A stretch of 48,795 nucleotides of DNA from Candidatus Zipacnadia bacterium (GTDB taxonomy: Bacteria; Armatimonadota; Zipacnadia; Zipacnadales; UBA11051). Of the stretch, positions 17,688 through 26,962 are shown piece after piece. The position numbers and the translations under genes were made by a program. Below the pieces are notes generated by a model. That model was not told the DNA's origin and did no database searches. It saw only the letters and a program-made list of their open reading frames with translations. Each line of letters starts with the position of its first letter. The stretch's first letter is position 1. The stretch spans positions 1 through 48,795 of the forward strand of contig JALGTY010000001.1 in NCBI GenBank assembly GCA_029821145.1, written 5' to 3'.

Positions 17688-19025
17688 ATGAGTGACCTGC
17701 TCGACATCGCCCGGAAAGCCGTCAAAGCCGCCATAGATGAGGGGGCCGATTTTGCCGACGCCTATTGCATGCAGGTGCGCGAAGTCGGGGTAGGTGTCGA
17801 GAACTCCAGCCTGCGCGAGACCGAGGTTGTTCGCGATTACGGCATCGGCGTGCGCGCTTTTCACGACGGCGGTGTCGGCCTCGGCAGCACCCAAAGCCTG
17901 CAGCCCGACGATGTCGTAGAATGTGCCCGCAGTGCGACCAGCCTGGCCAAGGCCGCGCATCCCGACCCCGACTTTGTGGCATTGCCGGACCCCGCCGAGC
18001 CGCCACACGTTGAGGACCTTTTCGACGACGCAGTAGCCGGACTGGAGGTCGGGCAGGTCGTGGAATGGTGCACGCAGGCCATTGAGGAAGCCCAGGCCGT
18101 GGAGCCGGAGGTGCGCCTCGAAGGTGGTGCCAGCCTTACTGTCGGCTCCAGCGCGATCGCTTCATCAACCGGCGTCGCCCTGCAGCGTTCAGGCACCAGC
18201 CTCGACATCAGCTTCCAGGCGGTGGTTATTGAGGGTGAGGAGGTCGGGGTGTATTTCGAATATGACGCGGCGCGGTTGCTGAAAGACTTCGTCCCCGCAG
18301 GCGTCGCTAAGAAGGCGACAGAAGAGGCGCGGCACTACCTCGGTGGGCGCAATGTTGAGACAAAGCGTCTGCCGTTGGTGCTGGGGCCGCTGGCCGCTTC
18401 CGGGCTGCTTTTCTCGTGCATCGGCGCGGCCGCTGCGGAAAACATCCAGCGCAACCGTTCCTTCCTCGCCGGAAAAGAGGGACAGCGGATCGCCAGCGAG
18501 CTGGTCACGATTACCGAGGCTCCGCTTGTTCCCGGCGGTCTGAGTTCGGCTGCCTATGACGGGGAGGGTGTGCCCAAGCTCCAGCGCGATCTCATCGAAA
18601 ACGGCGTGTTGACCACGTATCTGCACAATTCGTACACCGCCAACAAGGCCGGTGTGACCAACACCGCTCATGCCGGGCGTCACGGCTATCGCGGCTCTGT
18701 CGGCGTCAGCACGTCCAATCTGCAGGTGGCTCTGGGGACACGTACCGAGGCCGAGCTAATTTCCGAAATAGACGAAGGCCTCTACATCGATTACGGCGGC
18801 CTGCAGCCGGACGGGGCCTCCGGAGACATCTCGGCCACTGTTGACTTCGGGTTCAAGATCGAGAAGGGCGAGTTGGCCTATCCGGTGGCCACGACGATGA
18901 TCGGCAGCGACGCTCTTGAGATACTTGGCAACATTGACGCAGTCTCCAGCGACTACCGCGAGGAGCCGGGCATCATCGTCCCGAGCCTGCGCATCCACGA
19001 CATCCAGGTCGCCGGCCAGAAGTAG
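17688..19025 (+). CDS. pmbA: PmbA/TldE protease partner subunit
   Basis: TldD-like fold without HExxH; YDGEGVP, LIENGVLTTYLHNSYTA, GFKIEKGELAYPV, PSLRI. Confidence 0.88.
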   Translation: MSDLLDIARKAVKAAIDEGADFADAYCMQVREVGVGVENSSLRETEVVRDYGIGVRAFHDGGVGLGSTQSLQPDDVVECARSATSLAKAAHPDPDFVALPDPAEPPHVEDLFDDAVAGLEVGQVVEWCTQAIEEAQAVEPEVRLEGGASLTVGSSAIASSTGVALQRSGTSLDISFQAVVIEGEEVGVYFEYDAARLLKDFVPAGVAKKATEEARHYLGGRNVETKRLPLVLGPLAASGLLFSCIGAAAAENIQRNRSFLAGKEGQRIASELVTITEAPLVPGGLSSAAYDGEGVPKLQRDLIENGVLTTYLHNSYTANKAGVTNTAHAGRHGYRGSVGVSTSNLQVALGTRTEAELISEIDEGLYIDYGGLQPDGASGDISATVDFGFKIEKGELAYPVATTMIGSDALEILGNIDAVSSDYREEPGIIVPSLRIHDIQVAGQK

Positions 19026-19093
19026 TACCAACGTGGGCAGAAAGGAGTTTCGGGAGGGCGTCACCGAGAACGCCTTCCTGACTTGTTACCCTC

Positions 19094-21097
19094 ATGGCAG
19101 TGGATGGAAGCCGCAGTTCAGAAACCGAACCTGCAGGTCTTGACCAGCCGCGCTATCCGCTGATTGGCGTGACCGGCCGCAGCCTGATTCTCGCCATAAT
19201 CCTTTGCTACCTTGCCAGCTTCTGGATCAACCAGAGCGAGGTCATCGCGCATTTCTGCCAGATTACCGAAGCCGCGCCCCCGATTCCCGCCGTCGGCATA
19301 CTGCTTGCGCTGGTATTGCTGAATCCCCTTGTGCGGCGCATCAGCAAGCGCCTCTCCCTCGACCGCCGCGAGATCATCATGATCTATGTGTTCCTGGCCG
19401 TAGCCACCACTGTTACCGGCTGCGGCATTGGCCGCTTCTTTCTCAACATCCTGCCGACGCTTTACTACTTCGACACACCGGAAAATAACTTCACATCTTT
19501 GCAGAGCCATCTGCCTGACTGGATGGTGCCAAAGGATCATGAGGTCGTTCGCAAGCTCTACGAGGCCTCTGAAGCCGGTGCGGTGCCGTGGGGAGCGTGG
19601 GCTCTGCCGCTTTTCATGTGGGGAATCTTCTTCCTGGCGGTGTGGGTCTGCATGCTCTGCATCAGCACCATCTTCCGCCGTCAGTGGTCGGAGAAGGAGA
19701 AGCTGACCTATCCTTTGCTGTACCTGCCGATGGACTGCACCCAGGGCGTTGACGGGCCGAACCTGGTGGTCGACTTTCTGCGCAGCCGCATTATGTGGAT
19801 CGGCTTCGCTATTGCTTTCTTGTTCAATATCACCAATGTCATGAATTCCTACAACCCGGCTTTCACGGCGCTGGGCAGAGCCTACGACATCGGCGGGCTG
19901 TTCACCGAGCACCCCCTCAGCGCACTGCAGCCCATGGCCATCGTGTACCGCCCGGAGATAATCGGCTTCGGCTACCTGGTGCCCACCGAGATCGCCTTCA
20001 GCGTCTGGGCCTTCTACTTCCTACTCAAGTTAGAGACATTGCTTGCGGCGATGGCAGGGCTACAGATAGCCGGCTATCCGTTCTGGCAGGAGCGTGGCCT
20101 GGGCGCTTACGTAGCGGTCTGCCTGCTGCTCACGTACATCGGACGGCATCACATCGCTGACGTGCTGCGCAAGGCCTTCACTGGCGACGACAGCATTGAC
20201 GATTCCGACGAGCCGATGAGCTACCGGGTGGCGATCTTCGGCGGGCTGCTGGCTTTTGCCGTGGTCATTGGCTGGATGAAGCTGGCAGGGATGGCGCTGT
20301 GGCTGGCGATTCTGTACATGGTCCTGGTCTTCATGGTGGCGGTAGTCTATGCCCGGATCCGCGCCGAGGTCGGCGTCCCGCTGATCTGGATGTTCCCCTT
20401 TTACCAGACCTTCAAGGGCATCCGCTACTTCCTCGGTTCCGAAGCCCTCAAATACAACAATAGCTGGCGAAGCGCGACTATCTTTGCCACATTCGTATTC
20501 CTCTCGCGCGGGTATTACTCGTCCATGATGGCCTACCAGATAGACGGCTACCGGCTGGCGCGAGCGACTGGTGTGAAACAGACGGGGATGAACTGGGTGC
20601 TGGTAGTGGCGCTGATAGCCGGCTTCACGGTCTCGATGACGGGCCTGTTGCGCGCTTATTACGAATACGGCGCTGGCGGGCTGGGTCGCATGTCCGGATG
20701 GGGCTCGGGGATTGCACAACAGGAGTACACTGCGGTGGTGGACTATGCCAAAGCGGCGGTGCGGCCCGAGACACCGCGCATGCTCGCTGCCAGCTCCGGC
20801 TTTGTGGTAGCCGTGGGCCTGATGCTCTTGCGCATGGCGTTTTTGCGCTTCCCACTCCACCCGCTGGCCTTCTGCATGATTCTGTCCTACAGCGGGCCAA
20901 TCTGGGGACCGTTCTTCATCGTCTGGCTCATCAAGACCATTGTCTTCAAACTCGGCGGCATGCGCGCCTATCGCCAACTCATCCCCGGCTTTGTCGGCCT
21001 GGCGGTGGGCCACTATCTGACCGCCGGTGTGGTATTGAATATCATCGGCATTTATGGCGGTGAAAGTGTCCGCCTCTACCACGTCATTTTCGGCTGA
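19094..21097 (+). CDS. DUF6785/DUF6784-like polytopic membrane protein (putative peptide/solute transporter), copy 1
   Basis: 667 aa, many TM helices; GVTGRSLIL, RRQWSEKEKLTYPL, RIRAEVG, FPLHPLAF, GGMRAYR motifs. Confidence 0.72.
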   Translation: MAVDGSRSSETEPAGLDQPRYPLIGVTGRSLILAIILCYLASFWINQSEVIAHFCQITEAAPPIPAVGILLALVLLNPLVRRISKRLSLDRREIIMIYVFLAVATTVTGCGIGRFFLNILPTLYYFDTPENNFTSLQSHLPDWMVPKDHEVVRKLYEASEAGAVPWGAWALPLFMWGIFFLAVWVCMLCISTIFRRQWSEKEKLTYPLLYLPMDCTQGVDGPNLVVDFLRSRIMWIGFAIAFLFNITNVMNSYNPAFTALGRAYDIGGLFTEHPLSALQPMAIVYRPEIIGFGYLVPTEIAFSVWAFYFLLKLETLLAAMAGLQIAGYPFWQERGLGAYVAVCLLLTYIGRHHIADVLRKAFTGDDSIDDSDEPMSYRVAIFGGLLAFAVVIGWMKLAGMALWLAILYMVLVFMVAVVYARIRAEVGVPLIWMFPFYQTFKGIRYFLGSEALKYNNSWRSATIFATFVFLSRGYYSSMMAYQIDGYRLARATGVKQTGMNWVLVVALIAGFTVSMTGLLRAYYEYGAGGLGRMSGWGSGIAQQEYTAVVDYAKAAVRPETPRMLAASSGFVVAVGLMLLRMAFLRFPLHPLAFCMILSYSGPIWGPFFIVWLIKTIVFKLGGMRAYRQLIPGFVGLAVGHYLTAGVVLNIIGIYGGESVRLYHVIFG

Positions 21098-21149
21098 AGA
21101 CATTTGCCCTGCCTCACATGCAGGTTTTCCCTGGCACCATGCAGAAGAA

Positions 21150-21282
21150 GTAGGGGCGTGATTTATCACGCCCTTGAGGCCGCTGTTCCTTGGGCGCAAT
21201 GAATTGCACCCCTACAACAGATCCTCCTGGACGACAGGCATCCTTGCCTGTCTGTCGCAGCGGGCGCACGCCGTGCGCTCGC
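21150..21282. repeat. Cluster of REP-like palindromes including an inverted GTAG doublet (REPIN-like)
   Basis: GTAGGGGCGTGATTTATCACGCCC (21150-21173) and inverted GGGCGCAATGAATTGCACCCCTAC (21192-21215); GACAGGCA-TCCT-TGCCTGTC (21233-21252); GCGGGCGCAC-GCC-GTGCGCTCGC (21260-21282). Confidence 0.75.
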
Positions 21283-21372
21283 ACCGACCCGATGCTGAGA
21301 ACACCAAGGACTTCATGAAAGGGGGTTCGGGGAGGGGCCCGCCCAAATCGCCTTCCCCGGCTTGTTAGATTC

Positions 21373-23388
21373 ATGGCAGTGGATAAGAAAACCGACGAGG
21401 GACGCACTTCGGAACCTGAAGCCGCAGGTCTCGACCAGCCGCGCTATCCGCTGATGGGCGTGACCGCCCGCAGCCTGATCCTGGCCATAATTCTTTGCTA
21501 CATCGCCAGCTTCTGGATCAACCAGACCGAGGTCATCACCCACTTCTGCCAGATTACCGAAGCCGTACCCCCGATTCCCGCTGTCGCCATGTTGCTTGTG
21601 CTGGTGCTGCTCAATCCGCTGGTGCGCCGGCTCAGCAAGCGCCTCAGCCTCGACCGCCGCGAGATCATCATGGTCTATGTGTTCCTCACCGTGGCCACTA
21701 CGGTGACCGGCTGCGGCATCGGCCGGTTTTTCATGAACACCCTCCCCGTCTTGTTCTACTTCGACACTGCGGAGAATAACTTCGCCTCCCTGCAGGGCCA
21801 TCTGCCCGACTGGATGGTGCCACACGACCGCGAGGTGGTCCGCAAGCTCTACGAGGCCTCCGAAACCGGTTCGGTGCCATGGGGCGCATGGGCCATCCCG
21901 CTTTTCGCATGGGGCATCTTTTTCCTGGCGGTGTGGGTCTGCATGCTCGCTATCAGCACGGTTTTCCGCCGCCAGTGGTCAGAAAAGGAAAAGCTCACCT
22001 ATCCGCTCTTGTACCTGCCGATAGAATGTACCCAGGGCGTTGACGGCCCCAACATTCTTGTTGACTTCCTCCGCAATAAGATTATGTGGATCGGCTTTGC
22101 CATCGCCTTCTTCTACAATATCACAAATATCATCAACTCCTATAATCCTGCCTTTACCGCCCTGGGCAAGTACTATGACCTCGGTACGCTTTTCACCGAG
22201 TTCCCCCTGAGTGCGCTGCGACCCATGTCGGTCCACTATCGCCCGGAGCTGATCGGCTTCGGCTACCTGGTGCCCACTGAGATCGCCTTCAGCGTATGGG
22301 CCTTCTATATGATGATGAAGCTTGAGAAGCTGATCGTCGCCTCTGCGGGCGTCCAGCTCGCCGGCTATCCCTTCTGGCAGGAGCGCGGACTGGGCGCTTA
22401 TGTGGCCCTGTGCATCCTGCTAATCTATATCGGTCGCCACCACATCGCCGATGTGCTCCGCAAGGCGTTCGCCGGTGACAAGAAGATAGACGACTCCGAC
22501 GAGCCGATGAGCTACCGGGTGGCGGTCTTCGGAGGCATACTCGCATTCGCCGTAATTGTCGGCTGGATGAATATGGCGGGCATGGCCCTGTGGCTGGCGG
22601 TTCTTTACATGGTTCTGGTGATGATGCTGGCGGTGGTGTATGCCCGCATCCGCGCCGAAGTCGGCGTACCGCTGATCTGGATGTACCCCTATTACCAGTC
22701 CTTCAAGGGCATCCGCTATTTCCTCGGCTCCGAGGCGTTCAGATACCAGGGCTCCTGGCAAAGCGCGACGATCTATGCCACATTTGTGTTCATGTCACGC
22801 GGGTATTATTCCTCGATGATGGGCTACCAGGTTGATGGCTACCGGCTCGCGCGCGGGACCGGCGTCAAACAGAGCGCCATGAACTGGGTCTTGATCGTCG
22901 CGCTTGTAGTCGGCTTTACCGTCTCGATGACCGGGTTATTGCGCGCCTATTACGAGTTCGGCGCCGGCGGGCTTGGTCGCATGTCCGGTTGGGGTTCCGG
23001 CATCGCCCGCCAGGAGTACACGGTTGTGGCCGACTACGCAAAGGGGGCACTCAAGCCCGACACTCCGCGCATCATCGCCACCGGCTCCGGCTTTGTGGTC
23101 GCCGTCGGCTTGATGCTCTTGCGCATGGCGTTTTTGCGCTTCCCGCTGCACCCACTGGCCTTCTGCATGATCTGCTCCTACGGCGAGTTAGTCTGGGGCG
23201 CGTTTCTTATCGTGTGGCTCATCAAAAGCGTGGTGTTCAAGCTCGGCGGCATGCGCGCCTACCGGCAGCTCATTCCGGGCTTCGTCGGCCTGGCGCTGGG
23301 ACATTACTTCACCGCGGGCGTATTATATGGTCTGATTGGCGCCTACGGGGGCGAAAGCGTCCGCCGCTACGGCGTCTGGTTCGGATAG
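21373..23388 (+). CDS. DUF6785/DUF6784-like polytopic membrane protein, copy 2 (tandem paralogue)
   Basis: 671 aa, colinear and highly similar to copy 1 over its full length. Confidence 0.72.
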   Translation: MAVDKKTDEGRTSEPEAAGLDQPRYPLMGVTARSLILAIILCYIASFWINQTEVITHFCQITEAVPPIPAVAMLLVLVLLNPLVRRLSKRLSLDRREIIMVYVFLTVATTVTGCGIGRFFMNTLPVLFYFDTAENNFASLQGHLPDWMVPHDREVVRKLYEASETGSVPWGAWAIPLFAWGIFFLAVWVCMLAISTVFRRQWSEKEKLTYPLLYLPIECTQGVDGPNILVDFLRNKIMWIGFAIAFFYNITNIINSYNPAFTALGKYYDLGTLFTEFPLSALRPMSVHYRPELIGFGYLVPTEIAFSVWAFYMMMKLEKLIVASAGVQLAGYPFWQERGLGAYVALCILLIYIGRHHIADVLRKAFAGDKKIDDSDEPMSYRVAVFGGILAFAVIVGWMNMAGMALWLAVLYMVLVMMLAVVYARIRAEVGVPLIWMYPYYQSFKGIRYFLGSEAFRYQGSWQSATIYATFVFMSRGYYSSMMGYQVDGYRLARGTGVKQSAMNWVLIVALVVGFTVSMTGLLRAYYEFGAGGLGRMSGWGSGIARQEYTVVADYAKGALKPDTPRIIATGSGFVVAVGLMLLRMAFLRFPLHPLAFCMICSYGELVWGAFLIVWLIKSVVFKLGGMRAYRQLIPGFVGLALGHYFTAGVLYGLIGAYGGESVRRYGVWFG

Positions 23389-23408
23389 CGAGCCAGAGGG
23401 GACAAATC

Positions 23409-24566
23409 ATGAACAGGACTGCACACGGACATCTCTTACTGGCTCTGGTGTTACTCATCGCTTGCGCAGGCTACTGCGGCGCCCAGCCGGCCCCTGAGGG
23501 CGTCGCGATCCGCTTACTGCTGCCGCCGGACATCTACGCGGTGCCCGGACATGAGATCAATATCTATTTCGACAACGTTGTTCTCGTCCCCAATATCAAC
23601 AACTACATCTTCGACATCACGTGCAACCGGGGACGCCAGGATGCCGAACGCTGGCGCTATACGCCGGCCCCCGAGGACGTCGGCCAGTTCACCATTACGG
23701 TACAGGTCAGCGATGCAACAGGCAATCTTATTGAAGAAGCCAGCAGCATGATCCATGTAGTCCCCGCTGATGCCGGCGCCGACCGGGATGTATCCGTCCT
23801 GGTCGTAGGTGACAGCCTGACCGCCGGCGGGTACTATCCCACCGAGCTCTACAGCCTCTGCCAGCCCGAAGGCAATCCGCAGCTCAAGATGCTCGGTACC
23901 CGCAAGGGTCGGGTCGAAGGCGCCGCGCACGAGGGCTACGGTGGCTGGACCTGGGCGAGGTTCTGCACGCACTGGAGCGATGGTGATGACTACAGGGCCA
24001 AAAGCCCATTCTTGCGCCTCAAAGGCGACAAGCCGGTGCTCGATTTTCAGGCCTATTGCGATGAGCAAAATGATGGCAAAGGCCCAGATTTCATCACCGT
24101 GCTGCTGGGCTGCAATGACACTTTCTCGGCCACCGACGAGACCATCGAAGAGCGAATAGACACGATGTTTGGCTATGCCGATACGCTGTTGGCCGAGTTC
24201 CACCGCGTGCGGTCCGATACCCAGATCGGCATCCTGCTGCTAGTGCCGCCGGCGGCCAGCCAGGACGCTTTTGGCAGCAACTACAGGTGTAACCAGACCC
24301 GCTGGCAGTACCGCCGCAACCAGCACCGCGTGGTGGAGCGGCTACTGGAAAAGTTCGGCGGCCGCGAGGCTGAGCATCTCTTCATCATCCCCTCTCATGT
24401 CAACCTGGACTGTGTCAACAACTACCCCGCCAGGCAAGAGCCAGTCAATGCACGCAATGAAACAAAGGTCCTGCGACAGGTCAATGGCGTGCACCCGGCG
24501 GCACCGGGCTATTACCAGATCGCCGATACCATCTACTACTGGCTGAAATTCAGATTGAACAAGTAG
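23409..24566 (+). CDS. Secreted SGNH/GDSL hydrolase
   Basis: Signal peptide; GDSLT, HEGYGGW, LLGCND and NGVHP blocks. SD GAGGG before ATG 23409; the upstream part of the ORF overlaps copy 2. Confidence 0.85.
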   Translation: MNRTAHGHLLLALVLLIACAGYCGAQPAPEGVAIRLLLPPDIYAVPGHEINIYFDNVVLVPNINNYIFDITCNRGRQDAERWRYTPAPEDVGQFTITVQVSDATGNLIEEASSMIHVVPADAGADRDVSVLVVGDSLTAGGYYPTELYSLCQPEGNPQLKMLGTRKGRVEGAAHEGYGGWTWARFCTHWSDGDDYRAKSPFLRLKGDKPVLDFQAYCDEQNDGKGPDFITVLLGCNDTFSATDETIEERIDTMFGYADTLLAEFHRVRSDTQIGILLLVPPAASQDAFGSNYRCNQTRWQYRRNQHRVVERLLEKFGGREAEHLFIIPSHVNLDCVNNYPARQEPVNARNETKVLRQVNGVHPAAPGYYQIADTIYYWLKFRLNK

Positions 24567-24581
24567 CCGGAGGTGTCCGAC

Positions 24582-25346
24582 ATGTCCGACCGCAACATGC
24601 GCTTTAGGGATAAGGTTGCCATCATTACCGGTGCCGGCCGTGGCATGGGTGCCGCCTTCGCGCGTCTGTTCGCCTCCGAAGGCGCCGCCGTGACCGTCTG
24701 CGATGTGGACACCGGTGCCGCCCAACATGTCAGCGACCAGATCGCTGCCTCCGGCGGGCGCGCTATCACAGTTGACTGCGATGTCAGCAAGTCCGACCAG
24801 GTGGAGGCGATGGTTCAGCACACCCTCGACGCCTTTGACACCGTCTCCATCCTTGTCAACAATGCCGGCATCATCCGGCGCACCCGCGTCGAGAGCATCT
24901 CCGAGGAAGAATGGAATCTCGTGATGTCAGTCAATGTCAACGGCGTATTCTTGTGCTCGCAGGCAGTCATTGGGCCGATGAGGGAGCAAGGCTGGGGCCG
25001 AATCGTCAATCTCTCCTCCTCGGCGGGCAAGACTGTCAGCACTCTCGGGGGCGTCCACTACACCGCTTCCAAGCACGCCGTCCTCGGCATCACCCGTGGC
25101 TTCGCCAAGGAGCTGGCCGACGACGGCATCACCGTCAACGCCATTTGCCCCGGGCTGATTGCGACGGAGATGGTCCTTGACAACACGCCTCCTGACGAGT
25201 TGCGTGCCTGGGAGGAGTCCTTCCCGATCCAGCGCCTGGGCAGTCCCGAGGAGGCCGCCTGGCTGGTCGGCTTCTTGGCTTCGGACGAGGCGGCATACAT
25301 CACAGGTGCCGCCTTCGATCTCACCGGCGGCGACCTCATGGTCTGA
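24582..25346 (+). CDS. Short-chain dehydrogenase/reductase (FabG-like)
   Basis: TGAGRGMG, NNAG, catalytic S, YTASK, VNAICPG; SD GGAGG. Confidence 0.92.
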   Translation: MSDRNMRFRDKVAIITGAGRGMGAAFARLFASEGAAVTVCDVDTGAAQHVSDQIAASGGRAITVDCDVSKSDQVEAMVQHTLDAFDTVSILVNNAGIIRRTRVESISEEEWNLVMSVNVNGVFLCSQAVIGPMREQGWGRIVNLSSSAGKTVSTLGGVHYTASKHAVLGITRGFAKELADDGITVNAICPGLIATEMVLDNTPPDELRAWEESFPIQRLGSPEEAAWLVGFLASDEAAYITGAAFDLTGGDLMV

Positions 25347-25510
25347 CACCACAAAATCCGGCCGTCAATTGGGGTATCTCGGCAAGAAATTCTCTATCGG
25401 CGGCAGGAGAAACACTGCTGCACGTCGTAGTAAGCTATGCACATAAGTGTACGTTGGCAAGAAGATCGTCTGGTATTTTCGACTCACAGCGAACCACGGA
25501 AGCGATGATC

Positions 25511-26815
25511 ATGGAAATCTGCCTGATTGCTCCAGAAGCCTCTCGCTATCACAACGACTCTACCCGGTTAGGCAAACCCCTTTTCCCGCCGCTGGGCCTC
25601 ATGACCGTAGCCGCGCTTACCCCTGACAAGCACAATGTTACCATTATAGACGAAAGCGATAAGGCGGTTGACTTCGACATTCAGCCCGATCTCATCGGGC
25701 TGACGGCGATGACGGCTGCTGCACCTCGCGCCTATCAGATAGCTGATGGCTTCAAGCGGCAGGGCATCACAACCGTCATGGGGGGAATGCACGCTTCGGC
25801 GATGGCTGATGAAGCCCTGCAGCATGTAGATTCAGTAGTTGTCGGCGAGGCGGAAGAACTGTGGCCGCAGTTGTTGGACGACTTCGAGCATGGAAATCTG
25901 GACCGGCTTTACCGCCACAAGCGCTATCCAGACCCCGGCAAGGTCCCGGCGGCTCGCCGTGACCTAGTGGATATCAACAAATATGTCGCCAAGGATACCC
26001 TGCAGGCTACTCGGGGCTGTCCGTTTGCCTGCCACTTCTGCGCGGTCTCGAACTTCTTTGGGCGTACCTACCGGACGCGCCCCGTGGAGCATGTTGTGGC
26101 CGAAGCAGCGGCGCTGAAGGGGCGTCCGCTGATTCTGGTGGACGACAATATCATGGGAGAGCCGTCATACGCCCGGAGACTTTTTGACGGGCTGGCGGGT
26201 CTCAAGAAGACATTCCTCACCCAGGCCTCCACTACTATGCTCAAAACCCCAGAACTAATCACCAAGGCGGCAAGAGCCGGCTGCCGGGCGCTGTTCGTCG
26301 GCCTGGAGAGTATCTCACCACAACAGTTGACCAAGATGGGCAAACAATTCAACGTGGTTACGAAGTATAGAGAGCTGGTGCAGCGGCTGCATGACAATGG
26401 CATTGGCATAATCGGCAGCTTCATGTTCGGTATGGATGGCGATGAGGCCGATGTGTTCGAGCGCACCGCCGAGTTCGCCGAAGAAGCGCACATTGATATT
26501 GGCCAGTTTTCGATTATTACCCCCTTGCCCGGTACCAAGTTCTACGAGCAGCTAGAACGCGAGGGTCGGATAATCGAACGCGACTGGACCAAGTACGACG
26601 GGACCCACGTGGTCTTCCAGCCCCAGGGCATGAGCATGGACAGATTGTACGCAGGCCTGCAGTGGATTTACCAGCGATTTTACTCGTGGCGGAGCATAGC
26701 CAAGCGTACGGCGCACCGCCTGCAGCCGATCGTCTGGACGCTCAACGGCATCTTTCACCGTCGCGTGAAAACCTGGGTATCCGACACAGGACAGCATCTG
26801 GGCCCAAACGAATAG
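25511..26815 (+). CDS. B12-binding domain radical SAM protein
   Basis: PPLGLMTVAALTP, GGMHAS, VVVGEAE, TRGCPFACHFC (CxxxCxxC), DDN, VGLES, TPLPGT. Confidence 0.92.
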   Translation: MEICLIAPEASRYHNDSTRLGKPLFPPLGLMTVAALTPDKHNVTIIDESDKAVDFDIQPDLIGLTAMTAAAPRAYQIADGFKRQGITTVMGGMHASAMADEALQHVDSVVVGEAEELWPQLLDDFEHGNLDRLYRHKRYPDPGKVPAARRDLVDINKYVAKDTLQATRGCPFACHFCAVSNFFGRTYRTRPVEHVVAEAAALKGRPLILVDDNIMGEPSYARRLFDGLAGLKKTFLTQASTTMLKTPELITKAARAGCRALFVGLESISPQQLTKMGKQFNVVTKYRELVQRLHDNGIGIIGSFMFGMDGDEADVFERTAEFAEEAHIDIGQFSIITPLPGTKFYEQLEREGRIIERDWTKYDGTHVVFQPQGMSMDRLYAGLQWIYQRFYSWRSIAKRTAHRLQPIVWTLNGIFHRRVKTWVSDTGQHLGPNE

Positions 26816-26962
26816 CCATTCTCAGGAGCCAATAAGCGCCCCATTGGCGCAGCTCCGCCGCCGGTAACTGGTCATTGTTCAGGCGCAAAAAGTCGCGAAC
26901 TATCCTTGACAATCTTCGCGCAAGTACAATTATGCTGCCGTTCTAATCAAAGGAGGACAACC

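Noticed and set aside
22989-23408. N-terminal 140 aa of the 525-aa ORF
   Set aside because: Overlaps transporter copy 2 in another frame; the SD and signal peptide point to ATG 23409.
26906-26936. TTGACA upstream of the beta-propeller gene
   Set aside because: Candidate -10 hexamers lie at 13 or 19 nt spacing, so it is not convincing.
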